A stretch of 45,149 bases of DNA from a virus (lineage: Duplodnaviria > Caudoviricetes), in the IMG/VR virus record IMGVR_UViG_3300025160_000004, positions 1 through 45,149 of that record, one strand, 5' to 3'. The translations under genes and the position numbers were made by a program. Of this stretch, positions 18,179 through 26,249 are shown in pieces. A model generated the notes under the pieces. It was given only the letters and a program-made list of their open reading frames with translations, was not told the DNA's origin and made no database searches. Every line of letters begins with the position of its first letter. Positions within the stretch are counted from its first letter, which is position 1.

Positions 18179-18345
18179 TTCGCCCCCTTCCTCTGTTCAA
18201 GCGCCCATTTCAATGCTGCCGCCCTCGTGTTAAACGGCGCCGACACAAAAGCGCAGCCTGAGCTATCGCGCCAGACACCGACGTACTTGCCCCCCGGTAC
18301 CCGTTGCGTCCACGCTGTGCGGAGCTTGCGTGTGAGAGTGGTCAT
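18175..18345 (-). CDS. hypothetical protein (56 aa, MTTLTRKLRT...)
   Basis: Below the ORF-track cut-off; ATGA coupling at both ends. Confidence 0.6.
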   Translation of the reverse strand: MTTLTRKLRTAWTQRVPGGKYVGVWRDSSGCAFVSAPFNTRAAALKWALEQRKGAK

Positions 18346-19055
18346 GATGCGACCTTCAGTGCGCGGATATGCTCATGGTTCGCGGGCCACAGTTTCAGCG
18401 GGCGCGTCTCCTCGATGCTGATCTCCGGGATAACGCCCTGCCGAATGAGCCGCGGCAAAACACTGACTGCACTAGATGCGCTGGAGTAGTGGTGTTGCGT
18501 CTGGCGCACCGCTTCCTTCATCGTGATGCCGGGCGTTGCATGCACCACTGCAATCAGGTTTCGCACCGTTGACCTGAACGGGGACCAGTGATTCCCGCCG
18601 TTCGTGCCCGCCTTCGCGAACTCGCCACCCGTCTTCTGTTCCGGACTCAGGCATCGTTTGATGTGATATGTGAGCGCGGCACGCATCATGCGCGGCGCCA
18701 CCATCTCACTGATGCGCGTGCTGTACATGCTTTCGCGCGTATCAGGTATCACGCGCCAGAGCCCAATGCCCTTGATGCGCGCGTAGTCCTGAAACATCGA
18801 CTGGCAATTATTGGGCGCGGCACCGATGACGTAATGCGCCGCGTTGTACCACTCCACTAACTGAGACATAAGGTCAACGCTGAACGCCACCTTGGTCTCG
18901 ACGATCATCACAACGGGGCCATGTACCGCAACGATATCGGCGCGCTTGGAGCCGTAGCCGGTAGAGACCTCTTCGTATGTCTCATAGCCCCGCAACTGCA
19001 ATTCCTCAATCACGACGCGCGCTATCGCAGCCTCCGAATACTTCTCGCGCTTCAT
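18342..19055 (-). CDS. PD-(D/E)XK nuclease-like protein with a C-terminal wHTH-like region
   Basis: E...RADIVA...IVETK motif. Confidence 0.7.
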   Translation of the reverse strand: MKREKYSEAAIARVVIEELQLRGYETYEEVSTGYGSKRADIVAVHGPVVMIVETKVAFSVDLMSQLVEWYNAAHYVIGAAPNNCQSMFQDYARIKGIGLWRVIPDTRESMYSTRISEMVAPRMMRAALTYHIKRCLSPEQKTGGEFAKAGTNGGNHWSPFRSTVRNLIAVVHATPGITMKEAVRQTQHHYSSASSAVSVLPRLIRQGVIPEISIEETRPLKLWPANHEHIRALKVAS

Positions 19056-19104
19056 TCTCCCTCCCCCTTACCGCTGGCATGGACGGCGGGAAGCGTGATG
19101 TAGA

Positions 19105-19530
19105 TCATGACGGTGCTCCGGCAGCCAGCTCGTAAGCTCCCATTACGGCGGCGTGAACGTGCGCTGGGTCGATGATCGCTTCGTTCTCGTCGTAGGCCTG
19201 AAGCCCGAACAGCTGGGCCACTTGCAGCTCAATGCGTGCGCCGCGCGACTGCTCCCATCCGTTCAACGCAATCACCATGTGGCAGGACAGCAGCGAGCGG
19301 ATATCTTCGGCAAAGAACTCCCGGAGCATGAAATCTTTGTACTCGATGCGGTGCTCTTCGGGGTCGAACGGAACGCCGTACTTTTCCAGAAACACGCGCG
19401 ACGACGATGCAAACGGCGTGATGACGCGGTGCGCGGGATCGGCATCGCGCCACTCCTGTGCAACCCGCTCGAACTCGGCGACGTTGTAATCTTCGCGCCC
19501 CGTCATTGGGCCAGCGATGTAAATCCTCAT
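19105..19530 (-). CDS. DUF4406 / nucleoside 2-deoxyribosyltransferase-like protein
   Basis: IYIAGPMTG...N...F, D...L..C and L.GWEQSRGARIE motifs. Confidence 0.85.
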   Translation of the reverse strand: MRIYIAGPMTGREDYNVAEFERVAQEWRDADPAHRVITPFASSSRVFLEKYGVPFDPEEHRIEYKDFMLREFFAEDIRSLLSCHMVIALNGWEQSRGARIELQVAQLFGLQAYDENEAIIDPAHVHAAVMGAYELAAGAPS

Positions 19531-19579
19531 TTCTCGCCCTCCTGCGCAGCGATGCGGGCGGCGGCCATATGCAGCAGGT

Positions 19580-19732
19580 TCACGCTGCGGGCTCAATCGT
19601 GACGTACACTTCGGCGCCAAGCGGAAGCGAATCGAGCGCATCCAGGTATTTCCGGTAGCTCCTCGCGGTATTCGCCTCGAAGTCACCCGAAAGCGCCCCC
19701 GTACCAGTAAAGCCGTGGGTAAAGGTCGCCAC
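19580..19732 (-). pseudogene. chimeric 50-aa ORF (structural-gene-like N-terminus fused to the tail of a disrupted gene)
   Basis: MATFTHGFTGTGALSGDFE resembles the N-terminus of the 42770 gene; ends LPLGAEVYVTIEPAA. Confidence 0.5.
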
Positions 19733-19735
19733 AGT

Positions 19736-20113
19736 TCAGCGCCCCACCACGACGGTCTTTGGGTTCCTGCGCACAACCTGAATACCTGATGCGACCAGCG
19801 CTCGCGCGAACTCCGGGAACTCATCAGGCCGTAGGATCAGCGTACCTCGGTCACGCCAGTTGTTGCCTTTCTGCACAGCAATGGAAACAGACACCTGTTT
19901 TTTCGGTGACTGCTTCTCGGAGAACAGTGCACGCCATTTCATGCGACCAGCCTTCCACTGGTAGAACTGCTCGTTGTCGCTGCTGCCACCCGTTACCGGC
20001 AACAGCTTCACACTACCGATGCGCTTGTTCGTGTAGCCGGAACCATCTGCGTTGCGAACTGACTGCAACTGCTCGCTCTTGCTGTCAACGCGAAACTTTA
20101 ATTTGACCGACAT
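19736..20113 (-). CDS. probable fusion ORF (conserved-phage-protein N-terminus plus an inserted gene)
   Basis: MSVKLKFRV...NEQFYQW followed by unrelated sequence with an internal ATG at 19942. Confidence 0.5.
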   Translation of the reverse strand: MSVKLKFRVDSKSEQLQSVRNADGSGYTNKRIGSVKLLPVTGGSSDNEQFYQWKAGRMKWRALFSEKQSPKKQVSVSIAVQKGNNWRDRGTLILRPDEFPEFARALVASGIQVVRRNPKTVVVGR

Positions 20114-20306
20114 TGGGTTCTCCTTTGGGTTTTTGCCACAGGTGCAGGTAATACGGGTAATTGTTGATCCAATCGGCGCGCGGCGGGTGCAATTGCATCA
20201 TGCACTCATCTTCATCGAGACTGACAGAGAACGCGCCATTATTGCCATCGTGGCGCGAGGACGGCATCGGACCATCGCGAAGGTTCGGAGTTGCGCGCAT
20301 CAGCAA
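20085..20306 (-). pseudogene. internally deleted remnant of a conserved phage protein (GNNGAF...QLHPP...NN.PY.LHLW)
   Basis: Motifs normally far apart are juxtaposed; family recalled from memory, not searched. Confidence 0.45.
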
Positions 20307-20587
20307 ATCCTCGCGGCCGGAGAGTGGAATGGCGGCGCTACGCCGACGGCGGGGGTGCTACGGACTATCCCGTAGCTTTCGGTGACGTTTGTACGTGATT
20401 GCGGCTGATTGCGGTTCGCTCCGGCCAATTCGCGATTTCTACGGGGCTTACTCGGAGAAGCTGGCCACCCCCATACTATTAGATGGCTTGGCCACTCTAG
20501 CCACAACCATAGTCGTGCGGTCCTCGGTTCAATCGGGGAGCGCAGTACCCCGTAAGTGCGTGTCAGTAGTAGCTTTGTGAATTGCAT
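20300..20587 (-). CDS. bridging ORF over the att-arm region (doubtful protein)
   Basis: Overlaps both neighbours; composition looks non-protein-like. Confidence 0.3.
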   Translation of the reverse strand: MQFTKLLLTRTYGVLRSPIEPRTARLWLWLEWPSHLIVWGWPASPSKPRRNRELAGANRNQPQSRTNVTESYGIVRSTPAVGVAPPFHSPAARIC

Positions 20588-20665
20588 GCTTCCGCCGTGT
20601 CTGGCTTGATTGCGTTTGATTGCGGTTCGTGTTTCGTGCTTTGGTTCGTGTTCGGTAGTTCGTTG
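20396..20665. repeat. repeated TGATTGCG(G/T) pairs and TTCG(T/G)G runs; candidate integrase arm or Xis sites
   Basis: TGATTGCGG at 20396 and 20406; TGATTGCGT/G at 20607 and 20617; TGATTGCGGTTCG identical at 20406 and 20617. Confidence 0.6.
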
Positions 20666-20862
20666 TGCCGGATTAGCTCAGTGGTAGAGCAGCCGCTTCG
20701 TAAGCGGCAGGTCATCGGTTCGAGCCCGATATCCGGCTTCACTGCGTCGGGAAAGGCTGGGCACTCCTCACCCGGCAACGCGTCCTCCTGTCGTATAGAA
20801 CAGCCAACGCAGCGGAAGCCGAACGGGCCGCGTGAGCGGTGGGCGAAGAGGTGTCTGCTCAT
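20563..20862 (-). CDS. ORF reading antisense through tRNA-Thr
   Basis: ATGA-coupled start; His/Cys N-terminus, then tRNA-antisense-derived sequence. Confidence 0.35.
   Translation of the reverse strand: MSRHLFAHRSRGPFGFRCVGCSIRQEDALPGEECPAFPDAVKPDIGLEPMTCRLRSGCSTTELIRHNELPNTNQSTKHEPQSNAIKPDTAEACNSQSYY
20667..20738 (+). tRNA. tRNA-Thr(CGT), no encoded CCA; probable attP core
   Basis: GCCGGAT/ATCCGGC acceptor, GCTC D-stem, GCCGC-TTCGTAA-GCGGC anticodon arm, ATCGG-TTCGAGC-CCGAT T-arm. Confidence 0.92.
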
Positions 20863-21050
20863 GGTCGCCGCATTGCGTGGGTTGCCGACTTCGCATCCTG
20901 CAACACATTCTCGTAAGCGTATTCCAGCGCTTCATGATAACCGAGGCCGTAGTCCTTCTCGCATCGCGTGCGCAGCCGTTCCGGGGCACTGTAGCGAGCG
21001 ATCCGCCTTAGTGCGTCGTAAAGCGTCTGCGCCTTCTCTTTGTCGGTCAT
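20859..21050 (-). CDS. conserved phage hypothetical protein (63 aa, YGL.Y.EALEYAYEN)
   Basis: ATGA coupling at both ends. Confidence 0.65.
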   Translation of the reverse strand: MTDKEKAQTLYDALRRIARYSAPERLRTRCEKDYGLGYHEALEYAYENVLQDAKSATHAMRRP

Positions 21051-21289
21051 GCCCGCCATCCCGGATTGCGTGGGGTCGTTCGGGTCCGCCGTGAAATCCG
21101 GCTCGCCATACACCGCATCATCAGCGTCGTCCTCGCTCCCAATAGCAGTTGTGACACAGCCCTTCCGCGAATATCTCCCGATTCGCAATATTCGCAATCC
21201 GCAATCTTCGCATACATCATCGCGTCAAAATCTTCCCGCCTCTGGCGGTTGCGCTCGATGCGTTTCAGGTGGTGGAGGTGCATGGTCAT
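21047..21289 (-). CDS. hypothetical protein (possibly frameshifted)
   Basis: Coupled at both ends. Confidence 0.45.
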   Translation of the reverse strand: MTMHLHHLKRIERNRQRREDFDAMMYAKIADCEYCESGDIRGRAVSQLLLGARTTLMMRCMASRISRRTRTTPRNPGWRA

Positions 21290-22116
21290 CGCGGCGTCAC
21301 CGATTCCAAATGCGCGTCAAGAATCTTGCGCCCCTTTTCGAGCGACACATACATCCGTCGCCATTCCGCCAATGAGATGTCAGGCGGTTGTCCTCCAGCG
21401 GGACCATCGCACGCAAGCAACCGCTGGTCGCCCAGTCCGATGATCCCCATTGCGGTATTCACAGCGGAAGAAACGCAAGCGACATCCGTCACCAACATCC
21501 CTTCGTCTCCGTTGGCTGCTGCTTCGAGGTTCGCGATCTCGCTCAACAGTTCAGCCTTGGCGCGAGATGCCGCATCAAGCACGCGGCCATGTGGACGTCC
21601 TTGCGCTTGCAACCGCGCGGCTTTGCCAAGGTTTACATCGAAGCGCAAAACAATCTCGCGCATTCGCTCGCTCACTCTCAGAATGGGCGGGAGTCCATTG
21701 GGCGGAATGGTCATTGGTTGCCACCACGCCTCCTCTGGCGACATATCGTTGACGAGTTGCGCTTCGTATTCGCGGCGCTCATCTTCGTAGCAATCCCCGC
21801 AAAACCGAGCGGCCACCTGCATTGCCTGCATCAATTCGCTCTCATCATTGTCCGAATCCGTATCGCCCATAACCTCCTTATCGACAGCAGAGTGCAGCCG
21901 ACTGAGGGCGAACCGGATGTCGCGTAGGGCGACCCGGTTCGCCCTCTCGATTGCGGTCAACAGGGCAGCCCGCGCTATCAGCGTTTGTTCTCGCGCGTCA
22001 ATCGCCTCCTCCAGATCAACGGCGCCTTCTGCGAACGCAACGCGCGAGTGCTCCGTAATGGCACCTTCCAGCGCGTCAATTGCGCCCTCAATGTCGAGCC
22101 ACGATGCTTCTGTCAC
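21286..22116 (-). CDS. hypothetical modular protein
   Basis: 276 aa, coupled to the integrase stop. Confidence 0.65.
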   Translation of the reverse strand: MTEASWLDIEGAIDALEGAITEHSRVAFAEGAVDLEEAIDAREQTLIARAALLTAIERANRVALRDIRFALSRLHSAVDKEVMGDTDSDNDESELMQAMQVAARFCGDCYEDERREYEAQLVNDMSPEEAWWQPMTIPPNGLPPILRVSERMREIVLRFDVNLGKAARLQAQGRPHGRVLDAASRAKAELLSEIANLEAAANGDEGMLVTDVACVSSAVNTAMGIIGLGDQRLLACDGPAGGQPPDISLAEWRRMYVSLEKGRKILDAHLESVTPR

Positions 22117-23279
22117 TTCACCACCTCCTGCGCTGGCTTCTCCAGCATATCCGCCGTCTTCCGCAATTCAGCCTCGCGTTCCAGCAGGTAGTGATCACGG
22201 ACCACGGTAATGTCCTTATCCCCAATCCAATTCGCCGCCGTCTTCTCGCTGCCCGTCGCCGCGTGAATGTCCCCAGCAATCCCGCGCCGATGCCCGTGAG
22301 TTGATCGGTATTTGACGTGCGTGATCCCAGCGCGGTCCTCTGCAATGCGCATCGCCTGGTTGAGTCCCTGATATGTGTACGGGCGGTCTTTCGTCTTCTC
22401 CTGCGCCCCGAAAAACACGAACGGCCCCGCGTAGTCTTCAGCCAGCGCCCAGCCGTAACAGACCCAGAAAGCATCCACGACCGGCGCAGGCATTGGCTGC
22501 TTGCGTTCGTTCCCACGTTTGTCCAACTCCGCGCGAAACAGGATCGTTCCGGCATCGAGGTCGATATCCCGCCATTCCAGATGACGCGCAGCGTTCTGTC
22601 TGGGGCCACAGAAGGCGAACAGGGTAACCAGTGCCCACGCGCGCCATTCCTTCGCCTTGCGCGGGTCTAGCGCAGCCACGAGGGCATCCCGCTCGGCCCG
22701 CGAGTACTCAGACATCTGCTCCGCGCCCGCCAGCTGCTCCTTCGAGAACTCGGGGCGGTACGATGCCACCTTGGTAGGCGGTATCAAATCATCATCCACG
22801 GCCCAGCGGTAGACAGCGGTAACCAAGTTTAGGTGCGCAAGCACTTGGTTGGGCGCGTGCTTGAGTTTCAGCATCTCCACCTTGAACTCGTCCAGCTTGT
22901 CGCGCCTGACAGCGGAGGCCGAGGTGCGATCACCGATGAACTTCTCCCACTTGTTCCACCGTAGTTCGGCGGTCTGGCCGGTCTTATCGCGCCACGCGCT
23001 GTTCTTCCGGTTGCGGTATTTGCTCCACATCTCCCGCATCAATAACGGCTCGAATACTGGCCCGCCCCTGCTGTTCACCAGTTTGTCGTGTACGCCTTTG
23101 GCGAACGCCTTTGCCTCTGCTATCCCCTGACGGGTGTCAGGATAGGAGGCGGTGCGCACCTTCGGGTCATTCCACTGCACGCGGATCATGGACACGTCGC
23201 GGACTGGCTCCCTGAACACCTTCACGTAACCCGGTGCGCGTGGCCTGCCAACGGTGTCAATGATCTTGCGCTTCGTCAT
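22113..23279 (-). CDS. int: tyrosine integrase/recombinase
   Basis: CGPRQNAARHLEWRDIDL (R), DKRG (K), HGHRR (HxxR), IGD...HY (Y); ATGA-coupled start. Confidence 0.9.
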   Translation of the reverse strand: MTKRKIIDTVGRPRAPGYVKVFREPVRDVSMIRVQWNDPKVRTASYPDTRQGIAEAKAFAKGVHDKLVNSRGGPVFEPLLMREMWSKYRNRKNSAWRDKTGQTAELRWNKWEKFIGDRTSASAVRRDKLDEFKVEMLKLKHAPNQVLAHLNLVTAVYRWAVDDDLIPPTKVASYRPEFSKEQLAGAEQMSEYSRAERDALVAALDPRKAKEWRAWALVTLFAFCGPRQNAARHLEWRDIDLDAGTILFRAELDKRGNERKQPMPAPVVDAFWVCYGWALAEDYAGPFVFFGAQEKTKDRPYTYQGLNQAMRIAEDRAGITHVKYRSTHGHRRGIAGDIHAATGSEKTAANWIGDKDITVVRDHYLLEREAELRKTADMLEKPAQEVVK

Positions 23280-23614
23280 ACCGATTGCCTGCCAGCGTCG
23301 TAAGCGCTCGGCACATCTGCGCGCTGTGGAATTGCACAGGTGAGATATTCCCGTCGCCCCCTGATACCGTAGCGCGCCAGCCCGCACTCCATGAGAATGC
23401 GAAAACGGCGGCGCAAGGTGCGTTCAGAGTCGCCGGAGCGGAGCATCGCGTCACCCTCTGATATCCAGTTGGTGAACGGCTCGGCGGCCCATGCGATCGA
23501 GGCCAGCAGCTTCTCCAAAGCGGCAGCCTGGGATTCGTTGCCCATGCGCCGGAGCGTCTGCGCGTCACTGCGCGCGTCCGCGATAGCGGTAGCAAGGTCG
23601 TCAGTTGATCTCAC
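23276..23614 (-). CDS. putative excisionase / directionality factor
   Basis: Small wHTH-like protein (WISEGDAMLRSGDSERTLRRR) directly upstream of int. Confidence 0.5.
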   Translation of the reverse strand: MRSTDDLATAIADARSDAQTLRRMGNESQAAALEKLLASIAWAAEPFTNWISEGDAMLRSGDSERTLRRRFRILMECGLARYGIRGRREYLTCAIPQRADVPSAYDAGRQSV

Positions 23615-23736
23615 GCTTCCGCCTCTTTGCCCACGGCGACGGCGGCGCCGACCGGATGCATCTCGCCGCAGTACGGCCAGTCGGGGCAGCAGGCGTCTAT
23701 TGCCAAGTCCAGCGCGGTGTCGTCGTAATCGTTCAT
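23611..23736 (-). CDS. small hypothetical protein (41 aa)
   Basis: Coupled on both sides. Confidence 0.5.
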   Translation of the reverse strand: MNDYDDTALDLAIDACCPDWPYCGEMHPVGAAVAVGKEAEA

Positions 23737-24398
23737 CTCAGCGCCTTCAACAGGTACGGGTCCATATCCGGTTGCTTCACCAGCCATGACACGTAGTCGC
23801 TTGGTAGTTCCTTGACCGGCGCCCCTTTGTGCTTCCCGAACGCCATCACCTTCGGAATGCGCGCGTCCTCTGACAGTTCCCATAACTGCTCCCATGATTC
23901 AATACCTCCCAACTTTTTCGCCATCCGGTAAAGCAGGATCGCGGACATAAGAGCATCCGCCGCCGCGCCGTGCGCATTGCGCGCCAGTTCGCGCGCCCGC
24001 GTTGGCTGGAGCATGTACATCACCGCGAGTTGCTTGTGCGAGTCCAGCGTAGGCCACAGCGAGCGCGCCAGCGCCAGCGTACAAATGCGCTTGACGGGCG
24101 GCTCCCCAATAACCTTCCAGTCGTAATCGACGTTATGACCGACGATGTATTCCGTGCCCTCTGGCAAGTGGAAGCCAGCCGCGGGCGGACAGTCGGCAAC
24201 GTCGGCATCCTCGATCATGTGAGTTGCCATCGCGCCGTACTCAATTTTTCGGCCTGGGTTCCAGCGATGGGGTATGCACCCATCTTTAGAGATGATCGGC
24301 AGCCCGCCAACGATGCTGAGTTCAATCAGTGCGGATTCCACCAGCGCCACGGGCTCGGTGACGCCGGTCGTTTCGGAGTCAAAAACAAACACGCTCAC
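23733..24398 (-). CDS. DEDDh 3'-5' exonuclease (exonuclease X-like)
   Basis: FDSETTG, GHNVDYD, AHGAAAD and C-terminal FGKHKG...Y..WL. Confidence 0.9.
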   Translation of the reverse strand: MSVFVFDSETTGVTEPVALVESALIELSIVGGLPIISKDGCIPHRWNPGRKIEYGAMATHMIEDADVADCPPAAGFHLPEGTEYIVGHNVDYDWKVIGEPPVKRICTLALARSLWPTLDSHKQLAVMYMLQPTRARELARNAHGAAADALMSAILLYRMAKKLGGIESWEQLWELSEDARIPKVMAFGKHKGAPVKELPSDYVSWLVKQPDMDPYLLKALR

Positions 24399-25042
24399 GC
24401 GACGATCCTCATCGGCGGGAACTCGAAGTCCTCGAATAGCCCCATCGCCTGCAACTTCAACTTGCTTTCGTGCATGTATTCGGTGAACTGCGCAACGCAC
24501 TCCGCGAGCTTGGCGATGAACTCATCGTCGCGCTGGAAGCGGATCATCACCGGCGGCAGTTCGGGATTGTACGAGCAGAAGTCCCACCATTGGCGCTCTG
24601 TGATCCAGAGCCCGCCCTGTATCTGACATCGGTATTTCTCCTGCGCGTCACCCAGCAGGTAGCCGACGTGCGTATGTGCGGCTGGGCATTTGATTTCCAG
24701 CCCGCCATCGGTGCCAATCAGGCCATCGGGCGAGCATCCGGCACTCCGGTCATCGCGCAGCAGGAATCCGACTTGCTCAACGTCGTAGTCAGTCTGCAAC
24801 TCGTACCACTTCCGCGCCTCGTGCTCCATGATCGTGCCACGCTGCATAAAGTCCGATGTGGCGTCATCCAGTGGGCGCCCGATTAGCTGCTCCGCAAGTA
24901 GTTCGTGGCAATAGCCAGCAGCCGACGCGCTCATCTTGCCAGTCTTGGGCGTGATGATCTTGTGGAAGCTGCTGGCACCGGGGATGCCGATCTTCGCATC
25001 CAGCCACGCCTTTGTCCCTTGCTCAACGTCAACGCGGATCAT
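24395..25042 (-). CDS. YqaJ/lambda-exonuclease family protein
   Basis: QGT..W, RG...E..AR, CSPDG, EIKCP and QIQ motifs. Confidence 0.92.
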   Translation of the reverse strand: MIRVDVEQGTKAWLDAKIGIPGASSFHKIITPKTGKMSASAAGYCHELLAEQLIGRPLDDATSDFMQRGTIMEHEARKWYELQTDYDVEQVGFLLRDDRSAGCSPDGLIGTDGGLEIKCPAAHTHVGYLLGDAQEKYRCQIQGGLWITERQWWDFCSYNPELPPVMIRFQRDDEFIAKLAECVAQFTEYMHESKLKLQAMGLFEDFEFPPMRIVA

Positions 25043-25842
25043 TTGGCTTTCTCCTGCTTCCGCTTGAGCGTTTGTACCGCCTTGTCATATTCAGCCGCTG
25101 GCAGTTTGTCGAGGACTTCCACGCCCAGCCACGCGAGAAACTTCACGCGGTCAACCTTCGTGTCCCCGATCAAATCTTCGAGGCACGTCAGTTGGTCCTC
25201 AGTGATCGGAGTCGGGTCAACTACTTCGCCGTCCGTGTCGCCCTCTGGCGTGAGCCCCAGCGCGGCCATGAGCGTGCGGCGCTGCGCGAACGTCATCGCG
25301 GCGCCGTACTTCTGCTGATCGCTCATCGCCGCGTTCGTTGTTGTCGGCAGTGTAAAACTGGACGCGCGCGAGTGCCCGGCCTCGTGGATCACCGTACAGA
25401 TGACAGTGAGCATCCCGCCCGTTGCCGTGCTATCCCAGGTGTACGACAGTCCGTGCATGACGAGTACCGGCGCGATTGTCTTCGCTACTTCCTCAAGTGG
25501 CGCATAGGAATACGACATCCGCCCGCCCTTCTTGGTCGCAAAGTCTGCGTCCTTCGTCCTGTGGAGCGGCGGGCACTCCTGCTGGAACTTCGCCAGCGCG
25601 ATGTTGAACTCGCGCGCGGCGTCACGGTCTGCGATGCGCTCGTGCAATTCGACCAACTTCTCCAGCTCTGCGGCTGGCAGTCGTTCGCGGATTGCGATGT
25701 CGAACAGGTCCATGATTGACACCGGCGCCGTGCGTGGCGTCGTTAGCGCGCTTCGCGGTTCGTGAACGGATACGGCAGTGCTGCCATTCTCCACCAGCGC
25801 CGACTCCAATAGCGGGAGCCCTTCTTTCTGAATCTTGCTCAT
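25039..25842 (-). CDS. erf: ERF-family ssDNA annealing protein
   Basis: YSYAPLEEV and QKYGAAMTFAQRRTLMAALGL..EGDTDG. Confidence 0.9.
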   Translation of the reverse strand: MSKIQKEGLPLLESALVENGSTAVSVHEPRSALTTPRTAPVSIMDLFDIAIRERLPAAELEKLVELHERIADRDAAREFNIALAKFQQECPPLHRTKDADFATKKGGRMSYSYAPLEEVAKTIAPVLVMHGLSYTWDSTATGGMLTVICTVIHEAGHSRASSFTLPTTTNAAMSDQQKYGAAMTFAQRRTLMAALGLTPEGDTDGEVVDPTPITEDQLTCLEDLIGDTKVDRVKFLAWLGVEVLDKLPAAEYDKAVQTLKRKQEKAK

Positions 25843-26249
25843 CGCACAGCTCGTGCGTCTGCGCGAGCCAGAGCGCGGTTAAGGGCCGAGTTGGGCGAGA
25901 CGAGAACAGCTTCCGGCATGTCGGTAAGAATCCGCCGAACATCGCGCGCTATTGACTCGCCGCTCTGAGAGTCACGGAACTCCTGCAACTGCTTCCGCGC
26001 GTCCGCCTCTTCCTTGTCTGCCGCTGCCAGTGCTTCGCTGAAATCCTTGCCTTGGCCGATCCAGACAACTTCGTAACCCTCTTCGCCGTACCCGCCACGA
26101 CCGACGCGCCAGTCGTTGTCGTCGATCATTTCCCACACACCATCGCGCCCCCAGCGTGCTTCTACTGCATCATCCCGCCATGCTTTGCAGGATGTGCAAT
26201 CGCAATCGCTGAGAGCGGCATCGCTGCCATCGTGTACCCGCATTGTCAT
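25839..26249 (-). CDS. hypothetical protein
   Basis: GGAG RBS; coupled to erf. Confidence 0.6.
   Translation of the reverse strand: MTMRVHDGSDAALSDCDCTSCKAWRDDAVEARWGRDGVWEMIDDNDWRVGRGGYGEEGYEVVWIGQGKDFSEALAAADKEEADARKQLQEFRDSQSGESIARDVRRILTDMPEAVLVSPNSALNRALARADARAVR

Noticed and set aside
16572-19055. Restriction-modification system (methylase plus PD-(D/E)XK nuclease)
   Set aside because: The genes are non-adjacent in a lytic early operon. An orphan methylase and an unrelated nuclease is the simpler reading, though R-M is not excluded.
20357-20380. Intrinsic terminator GCTACGG...CCGTAGC-TTTC
   Set aside because: The U-tract is short and no plus-strand gene lies upstream; unsupported.
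20495-20545. Additional tRNA (GGTCCTCGGTTCAATCGGGG)
   Set aside because: Only a T-arm-like hairpin is present; no acceptor stem or anticodon arm could be built.
22113-23387. Longer ORF-track starts (int 23387, exonuclease 24500, DUF4406 19824, 1515 and others)
   Set aside because: They overlap upstream genes. Coupled internal starts fit the motifs and RBS better.
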